64,000 bases of DNA, taken from an uncultured delta proteobacterium (GTDB lineage Bacteria; Desulfobacterota; Desulfobacteria; Desulfobacterales; JAHEIW01). How positions within the stretch are numbered: position 1 is the stretch's first letter; each line of letters begins with the position of its first letter. Made by a program: the position numbers and the translations under genes. The stretch is from contig CAVPNL010000001.1 in the NCBI GenBank assembly GCA_963706575.1, positions 160,001 through 224,000 on the forward strand. The letters run 5' to 3'. Positions 51,925-61,487 of this stretch are shown here, one piece after another. The notes beneath the pieces are model-generated. The model had not been told where the DNA came from, made no database searches, and saw only the letters and a list, made by a program, of their open reading frames with translations.

Positions 51925-53232
51925 ATGCAAAAAAAATACGATGCCATCATTATCGGTTCAGGCGTTATTGGGTGCTGTGTGGCCTTCGAACTGGCCAATC
52001 GGGGGTATAAGACACTGAGTGTGGACAAGCTCGGCGACGCCGGAATGGGTTCCACGAGCGGGTCATGCGCCATCATACGTTTTCATTATTCCACCACCGA
52101 AGGCGTGGCGCTGGCAAGAGAAGGTTATTACTACTGGCTGGACTGGCCCACCTATCTCGGGGTAAGGGACCCCGACGGCATGGTCACATACCGCAATACC
52201 GGGGCCCTGGTCATCAAAACGCCTGTCAATAAAAATCTCAGCCGTGTGAAAGCTGTTTTGGATGAATTTGGCATCGGCTATTTGGAACTGGAGCCGGAGG
52301 AGATCAGTCGCTACCTGCCCAACGTTAACCTGGCCAGCTACTTTCCCCAAAAATGGATAGACGATCCGGAATTCGGTCAGCCCACCGCGGAGAAGATTCC
52401 CGGTGCCCTCTGGATCCCCGAGTCCGGTTATATCTCAGACCCCAAACTTTCTGCGCATAACGTCCAGGTGGCGGCGCAGGCCAAAAAGGCTGAATTTTTA
52501 TACGGGGCAGAAGTTTCTGAGATATTGAAGGTAAAGGGGCGCGCCGCCGGCGTCAAGCTAAGCGACGGCAGCGAAATCGAAGCGCCGGTTGTGGTGAATG
52601 TGGCGGGTCCCCACTCCTTTTTAATCAATCGAATGGCCGGTGTAGAAGAATCGATGAAGATCAAAACACGTCCGATGAAGCAGGAAGTCGCCCATGTGCC
52701 GGCGCCCGGGGGAATGAATTGGGAGCGCGATGGTTACATGCTGTCTGACGGAGACATCGGTTGCTACTCGCGCCCGGAGGTGGGTAATCACATTTTGATC
52801 GGCAGTGAAGATCCGGAATGCGATCCGCTCCTGTGGGTGGACGACCCGGACAATTACGACACCAACTTTACCGATCAATTCAAGTGTATGGTCATGCGCG
52901 AAGGCATGCGGGTCAACGACCTGGCCATCCCCAACCAGTATCAGGGCGTGGTCGATCTCTATGACTGCAGTGATGACTGGATTCCCATTTACGACAAATC
53001 CGATCTGCCTGGATTTTACATGGCCATCGGCACCAGCGGCAATCAGTACAAAAACGCCCCGGTTGCGGGGGCGATGATGGCTGCACTGATCGATGCCTGC
53101 GAGAAGGGGCTCGATCACGATGCAGATCCGTTCCAGTTTTATATGAAATATACGCGGCGCAATCTAAACGTGGGGGTTTTCAGCCGGAATCGCGAAATCA
53201 ATAAAGATTCCAGTTTTTCGGTCATCGGCTAA
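51925..53232 (+). CDS. FAD-dependent oxidoreductase, DAO/sarcosine oxidase beta-like
   Basis: GSGVIG, GSTSGSCA, DWIPIYD, GTSGNQYK. Confidence 0.88.
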   Translation: MQKKYDAIIIGSGVIGCCVAFELANRGYKTLSVDKLGDAGMGSTSGSCAIIRFHYSTTEGVALAREGYYYWLDWPTYLGVRDPDGMVTYRNTGALVIKTPVNKNLSRVKAVLDEFGIGYLELEPEEISRYLPNVNLASYFPQKWIDDPEFGQPTAEKIPGALWIPESGYISDPKLSAHNVQVAAQAKKAEFLYGAEVSEILKVKGRAAGVKLSDGSEIEAPVVVNVAGPHSFLINRMAGVEESMKIKTRPMKQEVAHVPAPGGMNWERDGYMLSDGDIGCYSRPEVGNHILIGSEDPECDPLLWVDDPDNYDTNFTDQFKCMVMREGMRVNDLAIPNQYQGVVDLYDCSDDWIPIYDKSDLPGFYMAIGTSGNQYKNAPVAGAMMAALIDACEKGLDHDADPFQFYMKYTRRNLNVGVFSRNREINKDSSFSVIG

Positions 53233-53307
53233 AGAGCGCAACCGCTTACCATGCAAGTAATCATCAGTTGTTACGATAAGTAAAAAAAAATATGGAGGTT
53301 ATATCAA

Positions 53308-53880
53308 ATGGATAAGATCAATTTGGGATCAACTATCCCCGCATACCCCATGCCTGTTTCCCTTGTGGGAGCCTATGTGGACGGCAAGCCGAATTTTATG
53401 GCCGTGGCATGGTTTACCATGGCCAGTTATAAACCACCAAGGATTGCCATTACCCTCGGGAAGGGCCATTACACCAATCCTGGAATTAAAGAGAATAAAA
53501 CCTTCAGCGTTTGCCTGCCTTCGGAGGATATGGTGGAAATGACTGATTATTGCGGAATTGTATCGGGTAAAAAAACCGATAAATCGGAGATTTTTGATCT
53601 TTTTTATGGTGAGCTGAAAACAGCCCCGTTGATCAGAGACTGTCCTTTATGCATGGAATGTAAGCTGGTGGAAATTGTGGAGAGTGCTTCGAATGAAATC
53701 TTCATTGGCGAAATCATGGGAACCTACACAGAAGATAGATTTCTGACTGATGGTAAATTGGATTTTAGAAAAATGAAGCCCTTGATACTCTCACAACCGG
53801 ACACCTCTTATTGGCGCCTTGGGGAACAGATGGCCAGGGCCTGGAGTATCGGTAAAAAATACAAAGCCAAACGCAAGTAG
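53308..53880 (+). CDS. Flavin reductase/flavoredoxin family protein
   Basis: YPMPV, PNFMAVAW, DYCGIVSG, APLI. Confidence 0.9.
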   Translation: MDKINLGSTIPAYPMPVSLVGAYVDGKPNFMAVAWFTMASYKPPRIAITLGKGHYTNPGIKENKTFSVCLPSEDMVEMTDYCGIVSGKKTDKSEIFDLFYGELKTAPLIRDCPLCMECKLVEIVESASNEIFIGEIMGTYTEDRFLTDGKLDFRKMKPLILSQPDTSYWRLGEQMARAWSIGKKYKAKRK

Positions 53881-54003
53881 CACCGTTGGCAAAGAGGCAG
53901 GCAACTCTCGAGTAGTTCAATAATTCTTGACAGAAAACCTTTCCAGCTTCAACCTCTCAGAAGCAAAGGACGGGCAATTGAAAACAGGAAATCGGCTGCA
54001 GGA

Positions 54004-54624
54004 TCATTTCTTTTGCGCGAGCAAAATCCGGTTATTCTTTTTGCGGGATTTTTCGATTTGCTTGTCTGTTCCCCAGCGCCTGAACAGATCGTGTTCGATG
54101 CCCATGTAGTCGAACACCTTGCCGATGGTCTGGTCGATGATATCTTCGATGGTCTCGGGTTGGTGGTAGAATGACGGCACCGGGGGCAATATGTGGGCGC
54201 CCATTTCGGCAGCCAGAGTCATCAGGCGAAGGTGTCCCACATGCAGCGGTGTTTCCCTGACCACCAGAACCAGTTTGCGCTTTTCTTTCAACGTCACATC
54301 CGCCGTCCGCACCAGCAGGTTTTCATTATAGGAATTGGCGATAGCGGAAAGCGATTTAATGGTACAGGGTATGACGACCATGCCTTCGGTCAAAAAGGAG
54401 CCGCTTGCCAGGGATGCGGCCATATCCTTATGATCGTAGACGAAATCCGCCATGGTTTCAACATCAGCTGGCTTGTAGCTGGTTTCGATTTCGATATTTA
54501 GCCGGCCGGCGTTGGAAATGATCAAATGGGTTTCGAAGTCCGTTTGCCGCAGCACGTCCAACATGCGTACCCCGTAAGTGACCCCGCTGGCCCCCGATAT
54601 GCCGATCACGATTCTTTTAGCCAT
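54004..54624 (-). CDS. ubiX: Flavin prenyltransferase UbiX
   Basis: GISGASG, ASGS, LKEKR, RETP, PPVPSFY. Confidence 0.95.
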   Translation of the reverse strand: MAKRIVIGISGASGVTYGVRMLDVLRQTDFETHLIISNAGRLNIEIETSYKPADVETMADFVYDHKDMAASLASGSFLTEGMVVIPCTIKSLSAIANSYNENLLVRTADVTLKEKRKLVLVVRETPLHVGHLRLMTLAAEMGAHILPPVPSFYHQPETIEDIIDQTIGKVFDYMGIEHDLFRRWGTDKQIEKSRKKNNRILLAQKK

Positions 54625-54723
54625 TAATTTTTCCTTTTGGTTTAAAAACCTTATTTTTTTATATATGATTTTGGGTTAAATGAATATATTTTAACGTTTA
54701 TCCTCAGAATTTTTTTGACGAGA

Positions 54724-55113
54724 TCAAGTTTCAGAAGCAAGCCGGGCCAGAATCATCTCCACCAGGGTCTCAGTGTTGCGGACAACATGCTGGATGCCTT
54801 TAGGGGCAAGGTTGTCCCAGTGGATTCCGGCCGTGACAACGACCTGGGTTTTTAACGCAGCCGCCAGAATTTCGGCAGCGGCCTTGGCCAGTTCGTCTTC
54901 CTTGTGCCCCACCAGGCAGATAACGGATGCGCTGGAACTGGTAACATCCGGGTCTTTGAGACTCGGGCGCGGCTGGGCCACCGCCACCGCTCCGATATGC
55001 GGTTTTTCACCGCCCCAGATAGCCACCAGCACATCCTCGCCGATCAATCGGACGCTGGCGGACAGATTATAAGCATCTTCCTCGGTTTTTATAATAAATT
55101 CTTGGATTGTCAT
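54724..55113 (-). CDS. LpdD-like prenylated-FMN chaperone
   Basis: GGEKPHIGAV, GHKE, AGIH; adjacent to ubiX. Confidence 0.75.
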   Translation of the reverse strand: MTIQEFIIKTEEDAYNLSASVRLIGEDVLVAIWGGEKPHIGAVAVAQPRPSLKDPDVTSSSASVICLVGHKEDELAKAAAEILAAALKTQVVVTAGIHWDNLAPKGIQHVVRNTETLVEMILARLASET

Positions 55114-56325
55114 TTAAAAAATTTCCAACGCAGCGTTAACAACTGCCCGGGCAAAGGCTTCATCTTCCATGTGGGCCTGGACTTCGACAATTTGGATTTG
55201 AGAATTCAATTTTTCACGAAGCTCTTCGATAAAAATGCGATCCTCTTCGGGATTGTGTGTCGGGTTGCCCGGCATGTCCACGGACGACCACCCGTTAAGC
55301 GGTATCATCATTCTTACCGGGCCCGCGGCACGGTTCAGTTTTTCCGCAAATACCTGGGCCACTTTTTTTAATTCATCCGGTGAAATCCGCAGCCAGGTGC
55401 GAAATTTATCCAGATCGTATTTTGCGCGTTGATGGTGCTCGGGCGTATATCTGGATTTAGAAGGCGTAATATGATTTACACTGCAGGTGGCAATGATCTG
55501 AGGGATTCCAATCTTGCCGGCCGATTCCAGGCGATTGGGGCCCGCATCCCTCGTAAAACCGAACAGGTGTTCACCAACCCCTCCGGGCGCCAGATCGACG
55601 ACACCCTGAAATAATTTTTGGGAAATCATTTCCTCCATAGCGCGGTCGCAGATCCCGGCGGCATGGAAGCCGATGACCTGGTAGCCTGCTTTTTGCAATT
55701 CGGCCTGAACCCGACTGGCACATTCATCGCAGGGTCCCAGCATGGTCAGTGCGATGGCCGTACTTTTGCCCGTTCCGGGTGAAGTGACGTTGCCTTGAAC
55801 CATCCCGGCAAGGGCACAGGCTGCCCGATCAAAAACATTTTTAAGCAAATCCGAAAGCCCCGACAATTCGATGACCGAATGAAAAAGGATAATGTCACCG
55901 GTACCGATATAGCGGGTGGAAAGACCGGGGAGGGCCGCGGCCGAAGAAATCATCAATTTGGGAAAACCGAAGGGCAGGGACCGCATCACTTCAGTAACCA
56001 TCAGAGAGCCGGTGGCACCGCCCATGCCGGTAACCCCGTGGATTTTGCCTTCCACTTGCAGTTGCTTGGCGATGGTGGAGGCCCCCGCGATGGTGATGTT
56101 GGTTATCCGGGCGCGATCTTTCGACTGGCGGATGTCTTCAAAGCGGCTTCCCCCCGCTTCAGCCACACGATCCGGCAGAATATCGGCTTCCGAAGCCCCG
56201 TCACCGCGCATCGAAATATCCATTAGCAGGGCATTGAGCCCGAGCGACTCCACCTGCTCCTTGAGGTATAAGGTTTCTTCCCTTTTGGTATTCAGGGTAG
56301 AGATAATCAGAACAGTCTTTTTCAT
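55114..56325 (-). CDS. Tm-1-like ATP-binding protein (UPF0261)
   Basis: TLNTK.EE, LPFGFPKLMIS, FHAAG, IPLNGWS. Confidence 0.85.
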   Translation of the reverse strand: MKKTVLIISTLNTKREETLYLKEQVESLGLNALLMDISMRGDGASEADILPDRVAEAGGSRFEDIRQSKDRARITNITIAGASTIAKQLQVEGKIHGVTGMGGATGSLMVTEVMRSLPFGFPKLMISSAAALPGLSTRYIGTGDIILFHSVIELSGLSDLLKNVFDRAACALAGMVQGNVTSPGTGKSTAIALTMLGPCDECASRVQAELQKAGYQVIGFHAAGICDRAMEEMISQKLFQGVVDLAPGGVGEHLFGFTRDAGPNRLESAGKIGIPQIIATCSVNHITPSKSRYTPEHHQRAKYDLDKFRTWLRISPDELKKVAQVFAEKLNRAAGPVRMMIPLNGWSSVDMPGNPTHNPEEDRIFIEELREKLNSQIQIVEVQAHMEDEAFARAVVNAALEIF

Positions 56326-56349
56326 CGGCTATATTTTAGTAAAGTGTTG

Positions 56350-56422
56350 CTCACGCAAAGCCGCTTAGCAAGTAAGGTTTAAAGCTAAAAATCTTCTTTG
56401 CGACGTTGCGTCTTTGCGTGAG
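56350..56422. repeat. Inverted short-period repeat element
   Basis: ctcacgcaaag ... ctttgcgacgttgcgtctttgcgtgag. Confidence 0.65.
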
Positions 56423-56433
56423 GCCAATTAAGG

Positions 56434-58089
56434 TTAGGAACTTTCCTGTTTTACTTTCTCGGCGATTTCCTTTTTAAGCGTCTCTTTATTGACTTTTCCG
56501 GAATCGCCGACGGCCGGAAATTCGGACACGACCTCCAAGCGTTCCGGCAGTTTGAACATGGCCAGCTGTTTGCCCTTCAGGAATTCCACCATCTCATCGA
56601 AGGCAAAATCCTGGCCGGCTTTGGGTATCACATAAGCGCAGGCGCGTTCACCCATCTCTTTGTCAGGGTAGCCGACAATAGCCACCGAGGCCACCTTGGG
56701 GTGATCGTTTAACAATCCCTCGATTTCAGCCGGATAGATGTTTTGGCCGCCGCGAATAATCATGTCTTTTGAGCGGCCCAGAATCCACAGGCATTCCTGG
56801 TCGAATTTGACGATGTCTCCGGTGGTGGTCCAGCCATCGGGGTCGAATACCGTGGCGGTAAGCTCCTCATCACGGTAATAGCCGGCAGGCGCGTGGGGGC
56901 CTCTGAAATAGAGGATGCCGGGCTCTCCATCCGGCACTTTATTGCCGTCTTCATCCAACAGGCGTACCTTGTTGCCGGGCAGCATGCGGCCGACGGTTCG
57001 GCGTCTGAGGTCTTTGGTATCCTCCACCCGGCATCCGGATACCGAGCCCATATCCTGGGTGCCCAGGTCGCTGGTGATGACGGCACCGAAGGCCTGTTCT
57101 GCTTCTTCGGCAATCTGGGGTGAGAGGTAGCCGCCGGCAGAGCGAATAAAACGCAAAGAGCTTAAGTCATATTTGGAGGTGTCGCATTCCAGCATCCGCA
57201 CCAGGTGGGTGGGGACCACACCGATGGCAGTAGCCTTTTCTTTTTCTATCAGGGCCAGGGCGTCTTGCGGGACGAACTCTTCCAGCATGACTGTTTTGGC
57301 GCCGGCCAGCGGCGCTGCAAAGTAGGTCAGAGTTCCGGCTGCACCGCCGGCGTGCGGGGCAATCGCCATGGTAATATCATTGTTGTTCAGGCCCCAGATG
57401 CTCACGCGTCCCTTTGACGTGCAGACACGGGGGGCGGTAGGCCATTCCACCAGCTTGGGCAGCCCGGTGGTGCCGGAAGTGGTTGTCAGCAGGGCGACAT
57501 TCCAGAGCGGATCCAGTCGTCTTTCGTTAAGCACATTTTCATCAATGGGATTTTCAGCGGCCTCCCGGGCCAATTGGGTCAGAGAATAGGTGTTCTCCGG
57601 AGCTGAATCCGGCACGGTGTCGTCAAAAAGGAAAATATTTTTTAGATGCGGAAAGCGCTGTTGCAGGTCCTTATACATTTCAAGATAATCAAAATTGCGG
57701 TATTCATGAGGAATCACCACCGCTGTGGCTTCCGTTCTTTCTACCATGTATTCCAATTCTCTTTGACGCAGATACGGATAGACCGTCAGAGATATGAGGC
57801 CGGCTCTTTCGCTGGCAATTCTGGCCAGAAAGCCGTAAACACTGTTTGGGGACTGAATAATAATACGTGAATATTGCGGGATTCCCATTTGAACCCAGGT
57901 AGCGGCAATTCCGTCCACTAGGCGTTTGGCCTGCGCCCATGTCACGCGAAATTTGGAATCCACCAGCGCTTCCTGGTCGCCGTACTCGCGGGCATTTCTA
58001 TTCCAGAAGTCGTAAAAGAGCTCCTGGGTCCAGTATCCTTCGTTTAAAAATTCGTCCACCATCTCTTTTTGATAACGAATGGGTTTCAC
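56434..58089 (-). CDS. Aryl/acyl-CoA ligase
   Basis: TTSGTTGLPK, TTGD, IIRGGQNIYP. Confidence 0.9.
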   Translation of the reverse strand: MKPIRYQKEMVDEFLNEGYWTQELFYDFWNRNAREYGDQEALVDSKFRVTWAQAKRLVDGIAATWVQMGIPQYSRIIIQSPNSVYGFLARIASERAGLISLTVYPYLRQRELEYMVERTEATAVVIPHEYRNFDYLEMYKDLQQRFPHLKNIFLFDDTVPDSAPENTYSLTQLAREAAENPIDENVLNERRLDPLWNVALLTTTSGTTGLPKLVEWPTAPRVCTSKGRVSIWGLNNNDITMAIAPHAGGAAGTLTYFAAPLAGAKTVMLEEFVPQDALALIEKEKATAIGVVPTHLVRMLECDTSKYDLSSLRFIRSAGGYLSPQIAEEAEQAFGAVITSDLGTQDMGSVSGCRVEDTKDLRRRTVGRMLPGNKVRLLDEDGNKVPDGEPGILYFRGPHAPAGYYRDEELTATVFDPDGWTTTGDIVKFDQECLWILGRSKDMIIRGGQNIYPAEIEGLLNDHPKVASVAIVGYPDKEMGERACAYVIPKAGQDFAFDEMVEFLKGKQLAMFKLPERLEVVSEFPAVGDSGKVNKETLKKEIAEKVKQESS

Positions 58090-58131
58090 AGGTATCCTCC
58101 CTTTGCGTGTTTAAATCGTTCTGTGGTAATG

Positions 58132-58662
58132 CTAGTCTTCCTCTTTTTTAGATGCGGCGCGTTTGGCCTTAAGACCGGCTTTAAATGTTTCCCAAAATTG
58201 CCTGTCGGTATCTTTCCAGGCCGCTCCCCAGCGTTTTTCGAAATAGGAAACCGGTAGACGGTCATGCCAGGACTTCCAGGGATCGCGGCCTTCCTTTTTT
58301 GCGATCAATACATCCGTCAAATAGTCAATAATGTTTGTCAGCTCTTCTTTGGGCAAATAAGACACCGCGCCCTCTTTGATCGATCGCACAAGATTATCCG
58401 GGCTCCAGGCATGCGCGGTCAGCATGACCGCCGGGATGTTTTTGCGGGTCGCAATTTCCAGCAGACCGTAACCGTCAACCCCCATAATATCCAGGATCAC
58501 CAGATCAAACGGTTGCGATTCCAGCATTTTCCGGGCTTCCTTAAATGAAGGCGCGGTTACCAACTTACACATCGGCAGTAAATCGACCAATGTGTCCAGA
58601 ACATCCTGCTCGTCGTCGACTGCCAGGACCCGTTTGCCATCCAATAACTTATGCTCTGCCAT
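58132..58662 (-). CDS. Stand-alone response regulator (paralog of 24924-25415)
   Basis: AVDDE, ILDIMG, MLTAHA, YLPKE. Confidence 0.88.
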   Translation of the reverse strand: MAEHKLLDGKRVLAVDDEQDVLDTLVDLLPMCKLVTAPSFKEARKMLESQPFDLVILDIMGVDGYGLLEIATRKNIPAVMLTAHAWSPDNLVRSIKEGAVSYLPKEELTNIIDYLTDVLIAKKEGRDPWKSWHDRLPVSYFEKRWGAAWKDTDRQFWETFKAGLKAKRAASKKEED

Positions 58663-58735
58663 CTTTGCAGTTCCTTTTTACTTTTTTCTCTGCGGATTAT
58701 TGCCACAGATAACTCAGGTTTCGGAAAACAAATAA

Positions 58736-58816
58736 TATCCGCAGATTTTCGCAGATTAAAAAATTATTAATAAATCTCTTTTGTTCAATCCGTGTAATCT
58801 GCGTAATCTGCGGATA
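58736..58816. repeat. Inverted 9/10-mer repeat element
   Basis: tatccgcagattttcgcagatt ... aatccgtgtaatctgcgtaatctgcggata. Confidence 0.7.
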
Positions 58817-58831
58817 AAAGCTTTTAATACG

Positions 58832-60238
58832 CTAAAGGCCTAGCTCAGACCATCTTGCCTGAACCTTTTTTACGATTTCCGGATCCAGCTCGATGGGAAT
58901 TGGCTTGTCTTTCCAGTCATAGGGAATCGTGGCATCCAGCAGGAGCCGGCCGGTAATCTCCCTGGCATTTATGGGAAGCGAGGGGTCAAGCGGTGTTGAT
59001 CTTCCGCGTTTAATCACCTGAGACCGGTTGGGCTGGAACCGGAAGCTCAGGGCATACATGACCCGCGGGATATCCCAGGGATCAATATCTTCATCCACGA
59101 CGATAACCGTCTTCAGTCCATAGGCACCCATCTCGGTAGAAATAGCCGCGGTCAGAACCTGATCGGCATGCCCGGGATACATCTGCTTCATGGAGATGAT
59201 GGCGAGAAACCGTCCGGATCCTTCCGGCGGGCAGTAAACCCCCTTCAAGCCCGGTATTTTCATGGCCAGCAGCTGCTGCCACAGGGTCGCGCCGTATGAA
59301 AGTGCCATGGTCATATGCGTGTCGGTGACTGCTCGGCCCACGGTGGTTCCCCATAAAATGGGGTTGTTTCTGTGGGTGACGCATTTGACATCGATGTAAT
59401 TGCGGGGATCCGTCCCCACCCCGGAATAATAGCCGGTATATTCTCCAAACGGCCCTTCTTCCATGAATTTATCGGCATCCACTTCACCTTCGATGACGAT
59501 TTCGGCATGAGCCGGTATGGGCAGATCCACGGTTTCTCCCTTCACCACTTCAACGGCTTCGCCTCGCAGAGCGCCGTACACATCATATTCCGATACAAAT
59601 GCAGATACACGGGCCGCCCCTAAGACAAAGAGCAGCGGGTCGCATCCGATCACCGAAGCCACCGGCATGGGTTTGCCCATGGCCTGGTATTTCTTCAGCA
59701 TGATGTCGGCGTGTTTTCCTTTGATGAACTGGGTGCCGATTTTGTCTTTCTCTAAAAGCTGGCTGCGGTAGGTCCCCAGATTCACCCATCCGCTCTCCGG
59801 ATCCTTGCTGATGATGAAATGGGCCGTACCGATATAGCGTCCGCCGTCAAGCGGATACCACTGGGGAACCGGGAATTTAAAAAGGTCGATTTGATCGCCG
59901 GTTAATATATTTTCTTTACACGGTGCGCTTGATGATGCCACTTCTTTAGGCGCTATCAAGTTTTCACCCAGCTTGGCCCATTCTTCATATAGATCCCCCA
60001 GCGTGGATTCAAGCGGCATGCCCATAATCAAAGCCAGTCGCTGGGTTGTGGTGCAGACACTGGTGATGACCGGCGTGTCGTAGTCTTTGACATTTTCAAA
60101 TAGGAGTGCCGGACCGCTTTGCTCTTCGTTAAGCTTGGCAATATGCGACAGCTCCAGGTTCCAATCGACTTCGGCCGTGATCCGTTTGCACAGACCCGTT
60201 TCCTCGCCTGCTGCAATAAAATCCCTCATGTCTTTCAT
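58832..60238 (-). CDS. ppcB: UbiD-family (de)carboxylase, phenylphosphate carboxylase beta-like
   Basis: EVDWNLELSH, DGGRY, NLGTYR, EGPFGEYTGYY, KRGRSTPLDP; resembles PpcB as I recall it. Confidence 0.75.
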   Translation of the reverse strand: MKDMRDFIAAGEETGLCKRITAEVDWNLELSHIAKLNEEQSGPALLFENVKDYDTPVITSVCTTTQRLALIMGMPLESTLGDLYEEWAKLGENLIAPKEVASSSAPCKENILTGDQIDLFKFPVPQWYPLDGGRYIGTAHFIISKDPESGWVNLGTYRSQLLEKDKIGTQFIKGKHADIMLKKYQAMGKPMPVASVIGCDPLLFVLGAARVSAFVSEYDVYGALRGEAVEVVKGETVDLPIPAHAEIVIEGEVDADKFMEEGPFGEYTGYYSGVGTDPRNYIDVKCVTHRNNPILWGTTVGRAVTDTHMTMALSYGATLWQQLLAMKIPGLKGVYCPPEGSGRFLAIISMKQMYPGHADQVLTAAISTEMGAYGLKTVIVVDEDIDPWDIPRVMYALSFRFQPNRSQVIKRGRSTPLDPSLPINAREITGRLLLDATIPYDWKDKPIPIELDPEIVKKVQARWSELGL

Positions 60239-60288
60239 AAAACATTTCCTCCTTTTCAAATTAATAAAATTGCCTTTGGTTAATATAT

Positions 60289-61356
60289 TTACGGAATCTT
60301 AATTCGTTTCATAGCCTGTTCCATCAAGAGCTGGCGGCCGCTTTTAGCGCCAATGACGGATTGCGTCTTGCGCTGGCTCCATACGGTTTCCGGGCGGGCC
60401 TGAACAATAAACATGTTTTCCGGAAACGGGATATCTTTATCAATGGCCCATTCGATATCCATGGGGCGGCCGTAATGGTTTTCGATATTTTTAGCAGCGC
60501 TGACCAGCGCTTTGATTTCGTCATCGGCCAGGCAGCAGGTGCACTGCATATCTTCAGCGACATCCGCGTCGACGGTTTCCCCTTTTTCCAGATCATAGAC
60601 ACATTCGATGTGTTTGGTTGATATGGTCCTTTCATTGATTTCCAGCATGACCTTATCGACCACAAATTTATCCGGGTTGACAGAACCGGAAACCACGGTT
60701 TCGCCCAGTCCCCAGCTGCCCTCGATGAGGACCTTGGAAATATCACCGTTGGTCGGGTTCAGCGTAAACATAACCCCGGCGGCTTTTGAATTGACCATTT
60801 TCTGAATGCCTACACTGATGAGGACCTTGTCATGGGGAAAGTCGTTCTTAATGCGGTAAGCGATTGCGCGGGGGGTATATAAGCTGGCCCAGCAATTCTG
60901 AACTTTGCGGATAATCTGATCCGCTCCCTGAATCCAGAGATAGGTGTCCTGCTGACCGGCGAAGCTGGCGGTGGGTAAATCTTCAGCGGTCGCGCTTGAG
61001 CGCACCGCTACGGGAATCGATTCCACGGCACATTTTTCACACAGTCCGGAATATCCATCCTTGATGGCCTCGCTGACAGCATCCGGCATTGGGGTCTTTT
61101 TGATTAACGCCTGCACGTCGGCGCTGGCATTATTGAGGGCCGCCACATCATCGGGGTTCAGATCGGAAACCCTATCGATAATCCGGGTTTTAATATCGGC
61201 ATCGGTAATGAATAATAAATAACTGTCAGTAGTTACCGCAAATCCGGGCGGGACCCGAATAGCGGCTTTGATCATTTCTCCCAGGCTGGCATTCTTGCCG
61301 CCGACAATGGGGATTGAATTTTTATCCAGTTTTTCGAAATCCAGGATATAATCCAT
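60289..61356 (-). CDS. Phenylphosphate synthase subunit B-like (PEP synthase ATP-binding domain)
   Basis: GGKNASLGE, VRSSATAED, SFAGQQDT, DIEWA, QARPET. Confidence 0.88.
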   Translation of the reverse strand: MDYILDFEKLDKNSIPIVGGKNASLGEMIKAAIRVPPGFAVTTDSYLLFITDADIKTRIIDRVSDLNPDDVAALNNASADVQALIKKTPMPDAVSEAIKDGYSGLCEKCAVESIPVAVRSSATAEDLPTASFAGQQDTYLWIQGADQIIRKVQNCWASLYTPRAIAYRIKNDFPHDKVLISVGIQKMVNSKAAGVMFTLNPTNGDISKVLIEGSWGLGETVVSGSVNPDKFVVDKVMLEINERTISTKHIECVYDLEKGETVDADVAEDMQCTCCLADDEIKALVSAAKNIENHYGRPMDIEWAIDKDIPFPENMFIVQARPETVWSQRKTQSVIGAKSGRQLLMEQAMKRIKIP

Positions 61357-61381
61357 ATTTGCTTCCTTCATAGCCTACCAT

Positions 61382-61414
61382 CTGAAACCCCCTCCCTAAG
61401 GGAAGGGGTTTCAG
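61382..61414. other. Intercistronic hairpin
   Basis: ctgaaacccc.tccc / ggga.ggggtttcag. Confidence 0.6.
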
Positions 61415-61487
61415 CATGGAGGCTCAATTTGCATGGTCCAGATTGGCACTAAAGGCTAAAGCTTTTCAGGATAACCGCGTAAAGTGG

